64,000 bases of DNA, from the IMG/VR virus record IMGVR_UViG_3300028603_000018, positions 128,001-192,000 of that record. One strand, written 5' to 3'. Positions within the stretch are counted from its first letter, which is position 1; each line of letters starts with the position of its first letter. The notes below the pieces were generated by a model that was not told the DNA's origin, did no database searches, and saw only the letters and a program-made list of their open reading frames with translations. This DNA comes from a virus (lineage: Duplodnaviria > Caudoviricetes). This document shows positions 20,808-31,500 of this stretch, in pieces. A program made the translations under genes and the position numbers.

Positions 20808-21288
20808 GGAACCAGTAATGGATACTCAACTGTATAGTGTATTATTCAGTATAAGAAGGCTCTATGAAATTATTCCAGAACTACCTCTTCTATATCGTTT
20901 CTTAGGTCAAGAAGATTTAACATTAGTCAAACTCAGCTTAATGGGTCCACAAGACCCTATCTTACTAAATCAGTATCGATTACTATCTATTGAAGATCAA
21001 GTTGAGTGGTTAGCTTATTATGTACTAGAAGAATGGGAAGCAACTAATACTGTTACTTATAGCACTGATACTAACTTGAGTCAAAATACATTATTGAGTT
21101 TGTTAGGTTTACCTTCAACTCATGAAAAGAATATCCGAGCTATACGAGATATTTTCTACCCTGTTCTAAATTTACCTAATAGCAATATTGTTATAGACTC
21201 TATTACTCGTATCTTTAAAGATTGTTCTTTATTAGAAACTGATCAATACGCTGGTCCGGATTATTATTGTGTCAATTACCGTCTCTAG
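20785..21288 (+). CDS. Hypothetical protein (start probably ATG 20818)
   Basis: TAAGGA RBS before 20818; operon context. Confidence 0.65.
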   Translation: MRVLCYGKEPVMDTQLYSVLFSIRRLYEIIPELPLLYRFLGQEDLTLVKLSLMGPQDPILLNQYRLLSIEDQVEWLAYYVLEEWEATNTVTYSTDTNLSQNTLLSLLGLPSTHEKNIRAIRDIFYPVLNLPNSNIVIDSITRIFKDCSLLETDQYAGPDYYCVNYRL

Positions 21289-21742
21289 AAAGAATAGGTT
21301 ATCAGAGCAGTTAACTGACTTTAGTGACTATGAACTTAAAACAGTTCTTATCTTCGATGTCTATGAATCTACTAATCTGTTAAAAGAAGCTTTTCTCTTT
21401 TATTGTCCTGACTTAGAATATGAGCTTCATTTTTCTTATATGGCTCTTGAACTAGTCTCTTTTGTATTAAACGAAGGGTCTTGTTTAAACACTTCAGGAA
21501 TGTCTGATTTCATATATGGTTATTTAGAAGGCTTTTATGAAGCAGAAGTTATTAATAATCTTGACACATTACTAACTCCTCATCTTTTAAAAATATGTAA
21601 TTTAATAAAAGAGAGGATTGATTATCTATTAGGGTATACCTTCTTAGATAAAGTTAATTTTTATAATAACTTCTATTGGGATCATGTCTATACTTCTGGA
21701 AAGTATGTAGGACAATTTAACTTATTAAAAGAAAAGTTGTGA
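21269..21742 (+). CDS. Hypothetical protein, 157 aa
   Basis: Overlapping operon gene. Confidence 0.6.
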   Translation: MSITVSRKNRLSEQLTDFSDYELKTVLIFDVYESTNLLKEAFLFYCPDLEYELHFSYMALELVSFVLNEGSCLNTSGMSDFIYGYLEGFYEAEVINNLDTLLTPHLLKICNLIKERIDYLLGYTFLDKVNFYNNFYWDHVYTSGKYVGQFNLLKEKL

Positions 21743-22128
21743 CAAAACTCATTCCTGATTGTGTCCTAGATGTTTATGAAGTGATGGAAGAATTAAAAGA
21801 ACTTTATCCAACAGCTAGTGAATTAAAGTTATACTCAACTATCCCTGCGTTAGTTAACCTTTATCTCTATACACCAATCAATGAATTAGATAGAGAGCTA
21901 AAGTTTCGTAGATTCAACACTACTTCTGACGATACACTAAAAGAAAAGTTAGGCATTATCTTTCAGAAACTCATGTTTAAAATAAAGACTATCGCTAACG
22001 ATATGAGTTCAGATGAGATCCGACAATTCTTAGTAATTGGGTATATTACAACACCTGTTATGAGAGTTATCATTAGTGATACCAGAGCCAGTCTTTATAC
22101 AAAAGCCCAACCTATTTTCTTATTCTAA
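21739..22128 (+). CDS. Hypothetical protein, 129 aa
   Basis: GTGA start/stop coupling with the upstream gene. Confidence 0.65.
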   Translation: MTKLIPDCVLDVYEVMEELKELYPTASELKLYSTIPALVNLYLYTPINELDRELKFRRFNTTSDDTLKEKLGIIFQKLMFKIKTIANDMSSDEIRQFLVIGYITTPVMRVIISDTRASLYTKAQPIFLF

Positions 22129-22584
22129 ATGAAACTAAAAATCTTACCCGGACTAAAGGTTCTAGAAAAGCAAACTGCTTTAAAGAGATTACCTGAATAT
22201 GTGTATGTTGATCTAGAAAGAGAGTTTATCGAACTACTCGTTGAACTCCAAGTACTTATCAATACTAACCCTCTTAGCATTACTCGCTTTCCTCCTATTG
22301 AAACTAATTCTATTATTGATACAGAAGAACTCTTTAAAGTTTATACTAAAGAGGAAGAAATATCTATTAATATAACTGAGTTAGCACTAGAGTTAGTTGA
22401 AGTCATTGATCCTTTCTTTGATGACTATCCTGATATGAATAATCAATATGTTAATTTACTTACCTGTCATTTGTATTCTATTTACAAACGGTTAAAGAAT
22501 TTAGATCTCTTTATAAATGGTAAGTTAGTTTATGAATTTTATAAGGAATATGAAAGAGGTTTTCTAATTAAGATTAAAGAATGA
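22129..22584 (+). CDS. Hypothetical protein, 151 aa
   Basis: Abuts the upstream stop codon. Confidence 0.65.
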   Translation: MKLKILPGLKVLEKQTALKRLPEYVYVDLEREFIELLVELQVLINTNPLSITRFPPIETNSIIDTEELFKVYTKEEEISINITELALELVEVIDPFFDDYPDMNNQYVNLLTCHLYSIYKRLKNLDLFINGKLVYEFYKEYERGFLIKIKE

Positions 22585-22695
22585 TAAAAAAGATTAGAAT
22601 AAGTACTATGTCTTAACAACTTCTCAATAGGTTGTTAAATACATAGTACTTTATTTTTTTCTTGGTGTATAACAAACCTCTCTCTTTTAAATGTT

Positions 22696-23109
22696 ATGAA
22701 TATCCATGAACTAAATGCAGCTAGTAGAAATATTTTACTAGAGATAGGTCCTATGTGCCGTACACTCATTCATTTCTTAAAGACAAAGAAAGTAGAGCAT
22801 CAGGACATTATCACAGTTATAGACTCTGTCGTTTATTCTTTAAACTACCCGTCTCAAGCAGAAAGAGAACATTCTTTAGATAATCTAAATTTCAGTAGGA
22901 TGGTGAAGAGTCCATTTCTAACAGGAGTAGTTTCTGAGAATGATCTTTTTCTATTTAAACAAAGTTTACGCGGTGCTGCTACTGAAATATGGGATAAGTA
23001 TCGATATTTAGATTTAGATCATTTGATCGGAACTCATGCAGGTTATCATTCCTTAGTCTTGAGTTCTCTAACTAATCGACATCTATTTATCTCAGCTCTC
23101 CCTTATTAG
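22696..23109 (+). CDS. Hypothetical protein, 137 aa
   Basis: ORF in the co-oriented cluster. Confidence 0.65.
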   Translation: MNIHELNAASRNILLEIGPMCRTLIHFLKTKKVEHQDIITVIDSVVYSLNYPSQAEREHSLDNLNFSRMVKSPFLTGVVSENDLFLFKQSLRGAATEIWDKYRYLDLDHLIGTHAGYHSLVLSSLTNRHLFISALPY

Positions 23110-23123
23110 GAAAAGAAAAGACA

Positions 23124-23540
23124 ATGATTTATCAATTTGAACCTGGTCAAAAATATTCATTTGACACCTATGCTCCTCAAATCCTGGGTACTGAATTTAA
23201 AACAGTAGTAGTTAAATCTGTTACTGATTACGAGGACGCTATTTCTGAGGAAGATGTTCAGGTATTACATAGTCAGATTCTTGGTTATATTACTGACTCT
23301 ACTGTATCTGTGCCTGCTGATTTTAGAAAACTCACTTATATTAAAATTGATACAGGAGTTGGTAAGCGTCGTTTTATTGCTGTAGAGTGGATTAAGCAAA
23401 ATACCATTACTAAAATCTCTGAACTCAATATTGATGTAACTATCTTTAGAGTAAGTGATCCTGCTAAAGTACGTTTAGTGAGGGAAGCTCTGTCTCAGAA
23501 TGGGTTTACTGATTTTCAAATTACTACAAGAGAAGCGTAA
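23124..23540 (+). CDS. Conserved phiKZ-like hypothetical protein (gp49-like position)
   Basis: 138 aa with YSFDTYAPQILG and WIK motifs; precedes the DNA polymerase region. Confidence 0.6.
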   Translation: MIYQFEPGQKYSFDTYAPQILGTEFKTVVVKSVTDYEDAISEEDVQVLHSQILGYITDSTVSVPADFRKLTYIKIDTGVGKRRFIAVEWIKQNTITKISELNIDVTIFRVSDPAKVRLVREALSQNGFTDFQITTREA

Positions 23541-23724
23541 TGTCTAAAAAATAAATACGCCACGCTATAGAAGGGAGAGGGGGTAAGAACACCCTTATTA
23601 GTATTTAGATCAGATCACTCACAAGCACTACTAACATTCTTACTAGTAGCAGTGTTTATACATCATACCTGTATTGGATCTTATAGATACATAATCAATC
23701 ACTTTTCTTAAAAGTAATATAATC

Positions 23725-24396
23725 ATGAGTAGAGAACTTCTAATAACTTCCTCCTTAGTTGATGGGTGGGGTAGTGAGATAGTGGATGAATTCACTAATT
23801 TTTATTTAACAGTACGGGATGGTCAGATAATCGATCTTATTAATCCTTCTAATTATGTAAATATCATAGGTACTGGGATTAGTACATCAGGTATAGAGAT
23901 TGTTAATACGACACGCTCTGGTTCTGGTATAGAAGTTCCTTCTGCGGCTTTTAATGTAACCTCATTAGAGAGTTCTACAGTGGAGTTCTGGGTTTATTTT
24001 ACTAACCCAATAGCTGAGCTTTATGATCAAATGTTAGGTCAGTGGGGGAGCGGAGCAAATAGCACATTTCAATTTTGTGTACTAGATTCTTATCTTGCTA
24101 TAGCACAGGCTAGACCAGGTAACTCTATTAGTACTTTTAGAAGAATACCTAATACTTGGATGCATGTAGCTTATGTGAACCCCGCTGGTGGCGGCAATAT
24201 GGTTATCTATGTAAATGGAGTTTCAGAGCAACTAGATAGACGTTGGACAGTTTCACCTAATTTGAATATTCCTATGTCTTTATTGAAGGTATATGGACAA
24301 AATGGATTTAGCTTATTAGGTAGGATAGCTAAAATGAGAATCTCCACCATTGCTAGGTATACAGAGAATTTCGTACCTAATTATGGAATGTATTGA
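23725..24396 (+). CDS. LamG/concanavalin A-like lectin-fold protein (possible tail-associated adhesin)
   Basis: TVEFW, NTWMHVAYV, IYVNG and G.I..MRIS..ARYTENF.P pattern; paralog of 9510-10179. Confidence 0.78.
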   Translation: MSRELLITSSLVDGWGSEIVDEFTNFYLTVRDGQIIDLINPSNYVNIIGTGISTSGIEIVNTTRSGSGIEVPSAAFNVTSLESSTVEFWVYFTNPIAELYDQMLGQWGSGANSTFQFCVLDSYLAIAQARPGNSISTFRRIPNTWMHVAYVNPAGGGNMVIYVNGVSEQLDRRWTVSPNLNIPMSLLKVYGQNGFSLLGRIAKMRISTIARYTENFVPNYGMY

Positions 24397-24459
24397 TAAC
24401 AAGAGTAAAAAAATAGAATAACTCATTTATATATCACCTCTATGACGGTATATAAATGA

Positions 24460-24867
24460 AACATCATTAACTGGGATGAAGATAATAATGTTAAATATGC
24501 TTCAGATGTTGATTTTTTAAATGATACTGAAATCAAAGCAGATCTCTATTCCTTAAAGTTTAACTCTCCTTCAGTACCTAAATCAAGTCTTTTAAAAGCT
24601 ATTGAGTTTAGTGGATCGGGTGTGTTGGTTAATACTGTTGATGATGTTGAATATACTGTTAAAGGTATTAGTCGTACTTTGACCATTAGCAGTAAAAGAG
24701 ATAAGGTTCTTTTTGTTACTAGAGAGAGGAATCTTATCATCCATGAGGAAACCTATTTGAAAGGGTTTTTTGAACTGATCGTAGGGAATTACCTCTCAGC
24801 TATGTTTAATCGCTTTGCAGCCTCTTTAAAGGCCCCTAGCGCTATTGATGTTGGTAGTATTAGTTAA
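24460..24867 (+). CDS. Hypothetical protein, start uncertain
   Basis: The frame of ORF 24622..24867 is open back to 24460. The nearest ATG (24456) is one base out of frame. Promoter motif at 24429. Confidence 0.5.
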   Translation, partial: NIINWDEDNNVKYASDVDFLNDTEIKADLYSLKFNSPSVPKSSLLKAIEFSGSGVLVNTVDDVEYTVKGISRTLTISSKRDKVLFVTRERNLIIHEETYLKGFFELIVGNYLSAMFNRFAASLKAPSAIDVGSIS

Positions 24868-24874
24868 GTATACG

Positions 24875-24913
24875 GCATAATAGGAGATCTCAAAAGGATC
24901 TCCTATTTATGAC
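24875..24913. repeat. 39-nt palindromic repeat, type B copy 2
   Basis: gcataataggagatctcaaaaggatctcctatttatgac; exact inverted copy of 10195-10233. Confidence 0.85.
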
Positions 24914-25179
24914 CTTCTTTTCTATTTATTTATTTATGTTTTTAGATTATCGGCTATTAATAGTAAGCTATTATAAAGCATTCTAGCTATTATATTTAAG
25001 CTAGGGGTCCTAGCATACCAATATGAGAATAAAAGCGCTTATAGAGCCTCTAGAGGGCTTAGAGAGTGTATTGTGATCCAAAAGCAATCTAGTTACTCAT
25101 CCATGGAGAATGATGTAGTAACTCTCAATAAAAGTGCTAATATGATAATAGCTGTTGCATAAAAAAGTCGCGGCGCCTA

Positions 25180-25555
25180 ATATTACTTATATAACCCCTA
25201 CTTTCTCAAATTCTTATAGTTTCAATTTCTCTTATCTATTATAATACTTAACTTCTTCTATCTACTATTACTTTTAAATTAATAGGTAAATATATTTATT
25301 TTTATTTATACCTATTATCATTTGTAAAAGTGTTAGTTCTATGAGACTTGACCCACTTATAGTACCTCTTTGGTAAAAACACTTTTACGGGTCCGAGCCT
25401 TGGCGAGATACTTGGTAGTAGATAAGTATTGTTCGAAGCTGTAGGTATAGAAAGGATATAATAAGGTTATAGTAAGGATAGTAGCTGAGATAAGATACTT
25501 AGATACGTACCCCCTTGCGAAGCAACTTGAATCCTAGAGAAGCGAAGCTTCTCTT
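25180..25555 (+). other. Long fold-back non-coding element: candidate replication origin or structured ncRNA
   Basis: Nested complementary blocks with G-T/G-U pairs and two GCGAAGC hairpins, in a roughly 900-nt ORF-free gap before the DNA polymerase region. Confidence 0.55.
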
Positions 25556-25790
25556 AACATACATACATACGCAAGATATTAAGCTATAAACATAAATAAA
25601 TATTACATTATTATACCTATTATACAACAACACTATAAGAACAGACTAAAAAGCCTATAGAGAGACTAGTATCTCTCTATTTATGCCTTACTATTGACTA
25701 TACTAGTCTACTACTAGAATAAAAGAATAACTACTTATACTAGAAAACCATCTACTTAAAGTAACTACTTAGAATAGAAAGAACCTACTC

Positions 25791-26201
25791 ATGGAAAGAT
25801 TTAAAGATACTTGCTACTTACTAGAGAGAACGAGTCAGATTGAAGGACTACTAGTTTATATTCGTAGTATACTACAATTAGAGAGTTATGAAGAAGAACG
25901 GTTTATTGATGGATTAATTGATTATAGTTTAAATAGTCGATTTATTAGGACTCAAGTAAATGAAGAGATAGTGTTGAAGTTTGTAGATGAGAGTCTTTAT
26001 AGTAAGTTGACTTTAAATAGGTCTTACTTAAATGCTTTAATTAAGTATAGTAGACTATTCTTAGAAGAAGTAGGAAAGAAGGTGAGTGGGTTAAGGATTA
26101 GGGGAGAGTATGTTGGATTACCTGTAGAGAAGAGGAATTTGTATCTCTATAGCCGAATTGAGAGTAATGAGTTTATTGCGATATGCGAGATAATAGAGTA
26201 A
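25791..26201 (+). CDS. Hypothetical protein, 136 aa
   Basis: ORF upstream of the DNA polymerase; G-rich codon usage. Confidence 0.6.
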   Translation: MERFKDTCYLLERTSQIEGLLVYIRSILQLESYEEERFIDGLIDYSLNSRFIRTQVNEEIVLKFVDESLYSKLTLNRSYLNALIKYSRLFLEEVGKKVSGLRIRGEYVGLPVEKRNLYLYSRIESNEFIAICEIIE

Positions 26202-26342
26202 GTGGTGGGTAAATGAAGAAGAGAGGAGGGGTTGATTATTCTCTCTTTTCCTTTCCTATATAGAAGAGAGGGAGAATAACTTTTATTTTTTTATCTATTT
26301 GGTTAATGAGATAGATAGATAAAATGCTTTTGAGAGAATATA

Positions 26343-28499
26343 ATGAAATTTCAATCTCCTTTTGTATTACCTGTAGAAGAGTATACGAGAGATCTGAATC
26401 TAGTTAAGCACTATGTGACTCAGAATGCTTATTACTTACATAAGAGGACTGGTAAGCCTATTGAAGTCTGTGAGAGTTATGTAGAGAAGCAAATTAGGAA
26501 AGGAGGGAAGTTTGAGTTAAAGGACCCTGTATTGACTCATACTTACCGAGGGGATAATGGTGATAGAGCTAAAGTGCAGAGTGGGTATTTACAGTATCTG
26601 ACTACCGCTATTAAGGAGAGGGATGTTATTGCTCCTACTTTGACTCGGTATAAGAACCCTTTAATTAAAGAATCTATTCAGGTAGGCTCTATTGATAATA
26701 AGAAGAAATTAAGAGCTATTGATAAAGAAAAGATGTTCCAGGCTGATAGGGATGGGAATGAGGAGAGGAGGGTTTATTATTATAACAGTCAGACAGGTAG
26801 GAAATTATCGAATAATGCGGTAAGTGGTGGGTATTGTTCTACGAGTACTATTATTTATAATCCATCTGGCCATACTAGCTTGACAAGTACATGTCGAGTG
26901 ACTGCTGGATATGGGAGTATGAATAATGAGAAAGTATTAGCTGGTAATAGACACTACTATGATGATGAGATTGTGATTGGGAATATCTTATCTATTTGTA
27001 GTACGATTGATAAAGAAAAAATAGCTAATACATGTAGTCTGTATCAATTAAAGTATCCTAGTCATGAAGAAGTGATGGATGCTATTTTACGATGTACTCG
27101 CCTTTATTGGAATCAAGCTGATAAAGAAGAGAGGATTTGGGAGTTAGTTAAGACGCTAGGGCCTGAGGAAAGGGCTGCGTTTATGTATACGGGAGACTTG
27201 TATAATACACGTATACTCAATGATAACTTCATGAAGGAATTCATTACTGATTTAATTAGACCTGCTACTGAACCTCATCCTGATCCTGATAGTGTTTTTA
27301 AATCAGTAGAGGGTGACTATATTACTGTAGCTTGTCAAATTCATAGTGGGTTTATGAATGGTAAGGAATTAAAGAAGTTAAAAGGAACTAGAGAGTATGG
27401 TATCGTAGCTGCTACGCTTTATAATTTCTTATCTGTTCTACATCGACATAAAGCTTTCTTTAGTACTTTCTTTTTAACGAGAAATGTACCAGCTTCTATT
27501 GCATTTGCACCTAGTTCAGTTAGGTTCTCTGTATTGATGGGTGATACAGACTCTACAATGTTTACTGTACAAGAATGGGTAAAGTGGTTTACAGGTAGTT
27601 ATGCTTTTACTGAGATCAGTAATGCAGTATGTGAGACGATGATCTTTTTAGCTTCACAGTCCATTACTCACTGTCTAGCCTTATTAAGTGCTAATCTAGG
27701 CGTTAGGAAAGAGCGGTTGTTTGAGAATGCAATGAAAAATGAATATCGGTTTGATTCATTTACTCCTACTCCTAAAGCTAAACATTATTATGCCTTAATA
27801 GGGAGGCAGGAGGCTAATAGTTATGTTAAGAGGAAGGTAGAGGTCAAGGGAGTTCATTTAAAGAGTTCTGCGGCTCCTAAAGCGATTATGAAGGCAGCAG
27901 AGGAGAAGATGGTCGAGTTAAGTAATAAAGCACTCAAAGGAGAGAAGATCTCTATTGTAGATGAGTATCAGTTTATTGCTAATATCGAACACTCTATTGT
28001 CAATGCTATTAAGAGCGGACAAAGTTCTTACTTTAGATTACAGCGTATTAAAGATAGTAAGGCTTATAAGCAAGAACCGACTAAGAGTAACTACCTACAT
28101 TACACGATGTGGCAAGAAGTCTTCCAAGATAAGTATGGTACAGTAGATCCCCCTCCTTATCCTGCTTTGAAAATCAATATGGATATAGAAAGTAAGACAG
28201 ATTGGTTAAACTTTGTTGCGAGTATTAAAGACGAAGCCCTTAAACAACGACTCTTAGATTTTTGTGTTAAGTATGGAAGAGAAATTATTAAGACCTTTTA
28301 TATTCCAAAAGGGTTTATTATTGATAATGGAGTACCTGAGGAATTGATGAATGGTATTGATATTCGTAGAATTGTACTCGATAATACGAAAGTCTTCTAC
28401 TTAATTCTAGAATCTTTAGGACAGAACTTTATTGATGATAAGATTAATAAGCTCGCTATGGATACGTTTGAATTAAAAGAAACTTTTATTATTGAATAA
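26343..28499 (+). CDS. Family B DNA polymerase, polymerase-domain subunit (phiKZ gp50-like)
   Basis: Motif B QTGRKLSNNAVSG, motif C MGDTDS, KHYYA and KGVHLK. No exonuclease domain is visible, consistent with the split polymerase of phiKZ-like phages. Confidence 0.9.
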   Translation: MKFQSPFVLPVEEYTRDLNLVKHYVTQNAYYLHKRTGKPIEVCESYVEKQIRKGGKFELKDPVLTHTYRGDNGDRAKVQSGYLQYLTTAIKERDVIAPTLTRYKNPLIKESIQVGSIDNKKKLRAIDKEKMFQADRDGNEERRVYYYNSQTGRKLSNNAVSGGYCSTSTIIYNPSGHTSLTSTCRVTAGYGSMNNEKVLAGNRHYYDDEIVIGNILSICSTIDKEKIANTCSLYQLKYPSHEEVMDAILRCTRLYWNQADKEERIWELVKTLGPEERAAFMYTGDLYNTRILNDNFMKEFITDLIRPATEPHPDPDSVFKSVEGDYITVACQIHSGFMNGKELKKLKGTREYGIVAATLYNFLSVLHRHKAFFSTFFLTRNVPASIAFAPSSVRFSVLMGDTDSTMFTVQEWVKWFTGSYAFTEISNAVCETMIFLASQSITHCLALLSANLGVRKERLFENAMKNEYRFDSFTPTPKAKHYYALIGRQEANSYVKRKVEVKGVHLKSSAAPKAIMKAAEEKMVELSNKALKGEKISIVDEYQFIANIEHSIVNAIKSGQSSYFRLQRIKDSKAYKQEPTKSNYLHYTMWQEVFQDKYGTVDPPPYPALKINMDIESKTDWLNFVASIKDEALKQRLLDFCVKYGREIIKTFYIPKGFIIDNGVPEELMNGIDIRRIVLDNTKVFYLILESLGQNFIDDKINKLAMDTFELKETFIIE

Positions 28500-28505
28500 G
28501 TAGAC

Positions 28506-28544
28506 GGCAAAATAGGGAGTCCTTTTGGGACTCCCATTTATGCC
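28506..28544. terminator. Bidirectional terminator-like palindrome
   Basis: gggagtcc-tttt-gggactccc with a ggca/tgcc outer stem, between convergent genes. Confidence 0.75.
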
Positions 28545-28576
28545 TACTAAATAACTATTGTATAATTACTTAAGAA

Positions 28577-31500
28577 TTAACCGTTAGGACATGTACCCCA
28601 AACAGGTTTAGGTAACACCCAAGCAGGCGTAGTGGATGCAAAGGTAGTAGGTTCGTTAGGAATGAGAGTTACGCACCATCCAGAAAGGTCTGTGTTAAAT
28701 ACTTTAGAGTAACCCCCTCCTAAGAATCCATCCATATTAGTAACTTTACTCACATCCAAATGCTCCATACCTGTACCTACCATGGCTCTAGAATTATGAA
28801 GCATATTCTGCATGGTTATAACATTACCGGTATTCCAGTGAGAAAAATCAAAATTCATATTCCAAGTACTATGAAAGGTATTTTCAAGACTTGTTACATT
28901 ACTTATATTCCAGTTAGCTAAATTGGCGCGTAATTGACGACATTCTTGAAAAGCAGAAATTAGTGTATTGACGTTACTCACATCCCAAAACTGTAACTCT
29001 TCGCCTGTAAGAATAACAGATGAAGATAAAACACCAGCTAAAGAAGTCACACTTCTAGGTAAATAATTAGGAACTTTTGTGAGGATGTTAGAGCCTACTC
29101 TCACACGGTTCCATTTTATAAACCCCCAACTAGTAACTTCTTTCAAACCTATATTAATAAGGTTAGCTCTCCAGCCAGCATTCAAATAGAGGGTAGATGG
29201 CGTAGCAGCTCTATTTATAGCTTTTACAATGAAAAGGGTTCTTTCCGAACCTTCTTCACCAGACATATAAATAGAATCTGTTTGATGAAGAATCCCTTCG
29301 TCTTCCCAAAAATAAATAATATCATTTTGAGAAATTTCTACTACGCTATTATTGCCTGCTAAAGCTTGTGGAGTAACTGTATATTTAAGTTGAGTAGAGA
29401 ATATTTTAAGTACTTCTAAATCATTCTCCTCAATAGCTTTATCAATTATTAACTCAATATCTTTTTCATCGATAAGTTCTAATACAGGTCTCCAACCTAA
29501 AGTATTATTACCTGTTAAACTAACAGAAGCTGAAGAAAGATACGTTACGTCAGTATGACCTCGATGGACTAAATGGTAAATAGACGTTGGTGCGTAGTAA
29601 AACACATCCCTAGTTATCGTACCAGAACCACTTCCTACCCCTAAACCTAGGTCTACTTGCTCATATTGCTCCCAATTCCCACTGGTTTGACTTAACTTAG
29701 GATAGCTAGGATTAGCTTTAGTGATAGGATAGATAAGTCTGTTCCACTCACTATTATACGTCATCACTGGATCATAACCGCCAGAAATAGTAGTATAGTC
29801 GGGAGAAACTCCACCTAAAAGTCGGATTCTATAGAACCTATCTTTTATTTGGATTATTCTTTTACCATTGATTAAATTCAGAGAGTCTAAGTAATTCCTA
29901 CTAACTGAAATACTAATAGGTTTCTTAGTAGTGTAGATTATGTTGCCATCTGAAATGAATTTAAGCCAAGACGTATCTAGATTACTAGGTAATCCTTCTA
30001 CGAACTCTAACTCTTCAATTAAATCTTCAGGTGTGATAAGTAACTCATTCTCTACTTCGCCAAAGAACCCACTAATCATGTCAGCACGCGGACCAACCTC
30101 ATGACCAATTAAAGTAGTAGGACCTACACCTAAATCGCTAGGTAAGTCGAGTTTCTCTAAAGCAGGCCTCCAACCTCGGTTAGATTCACCAGAACTACTC
30201 TTTGTAGCTGTAGGTACAATATAGGTTGTATCGAATCTACCACGTAATACAGCTAATGTGTCATTAGTAAGATTAGTTTCACGACACCATGAATAACTAC
30301 CTGTTCTACCATCTTTAGAATAAGAGAATATGTCTAAATCAGCATCTGGAGTAAAGTTCCTCCAATTCTTACCAATTTGAGATTGCTTAAACCGTTCAGG
30401 TAAAATGGGCGAGCTATCGGCGACGTTATACATCAGCCTATTCCATTCACTATTGTGAGTGCATAAAACATCATAACCTGATTCTTGGACTACCGTGGGA
30501 TCAGGATTACGACCACTTAATAAGCGAGACTTATATTGCTGTTCAGCAACTTCAACAACTCTACCACTACCTGTTAGCCCAGCATTCTCAAGATCAATCC
30601 AAGAAAGATTAGTTCTAAAGTTCTTTTTAGCGACATACATAATCTTGCCATCTAAATAGAACTTTAACCAGTTAGAATCGGTGTTAATAGCAACCCCAGC
30701 AGTTAACCCCATTTGAGTAGCTAGATCAGCACCATCAATGAGGTCAGTAACTTGTACTTCACCAAAGAAACCTGCACCTCTTGTACCTTCTTTATTTAAA
30801 GTGCGATACTTAAGATGCTTATAACCTGGACCAGTGTCCTCAGGTAAAGGAAATGCTTCCCAGTAACTGATTTTCTCTAATACAGGTCTCCAGCCTCTAT
30901 TAGCATTTTTATAGCTAGCAGGTTGAGAAGTTAATCTAGTCGTATTGATATTACCACGACACGCTTTTCGAATCTCACCGTCTAATTCAGTCTGCTCCAT
31001 GCACCAGGTAAAGCGACCAGCTCCGGTCTTAGTACCTAACTCATTTTCCGTATAAGTAACCCAGTTAGGACCATATTGAGAATTCTTAGGATAAGAGGGA
31101 TTAGTTTCTACGACATTATAAATAAGTCTATTCCATTCTGTACCCCAAGTATCTTCACTATCATGACCGCCCTTATACGGAATACCTGAATCTTCATTAT
31201 AACCGTTGATCAACCTAACCCTATAAAAACCTCCATTGATCTCTAAGACCTTATTACCGAATACTGCATCACAAGCATTGATTTCATCCCAGCTTATGTC
31301 TGACATAATAGGTTTTTTAGGTATGAACAGAATTTTACCATCAAGATAGAATTTTAACCAAGGTTCAGTTAAGTTAATAAGATCACCTGTAATCAGACCG
31401 ATTCTGCTAGCTAAAGAAGCGCCGTTAATAAAATCCTCAGGAGCAACTTCACCAAAGAAACCCGCCATTTGAGTAGGTCCAGGACCTTCAGATTCACCTA

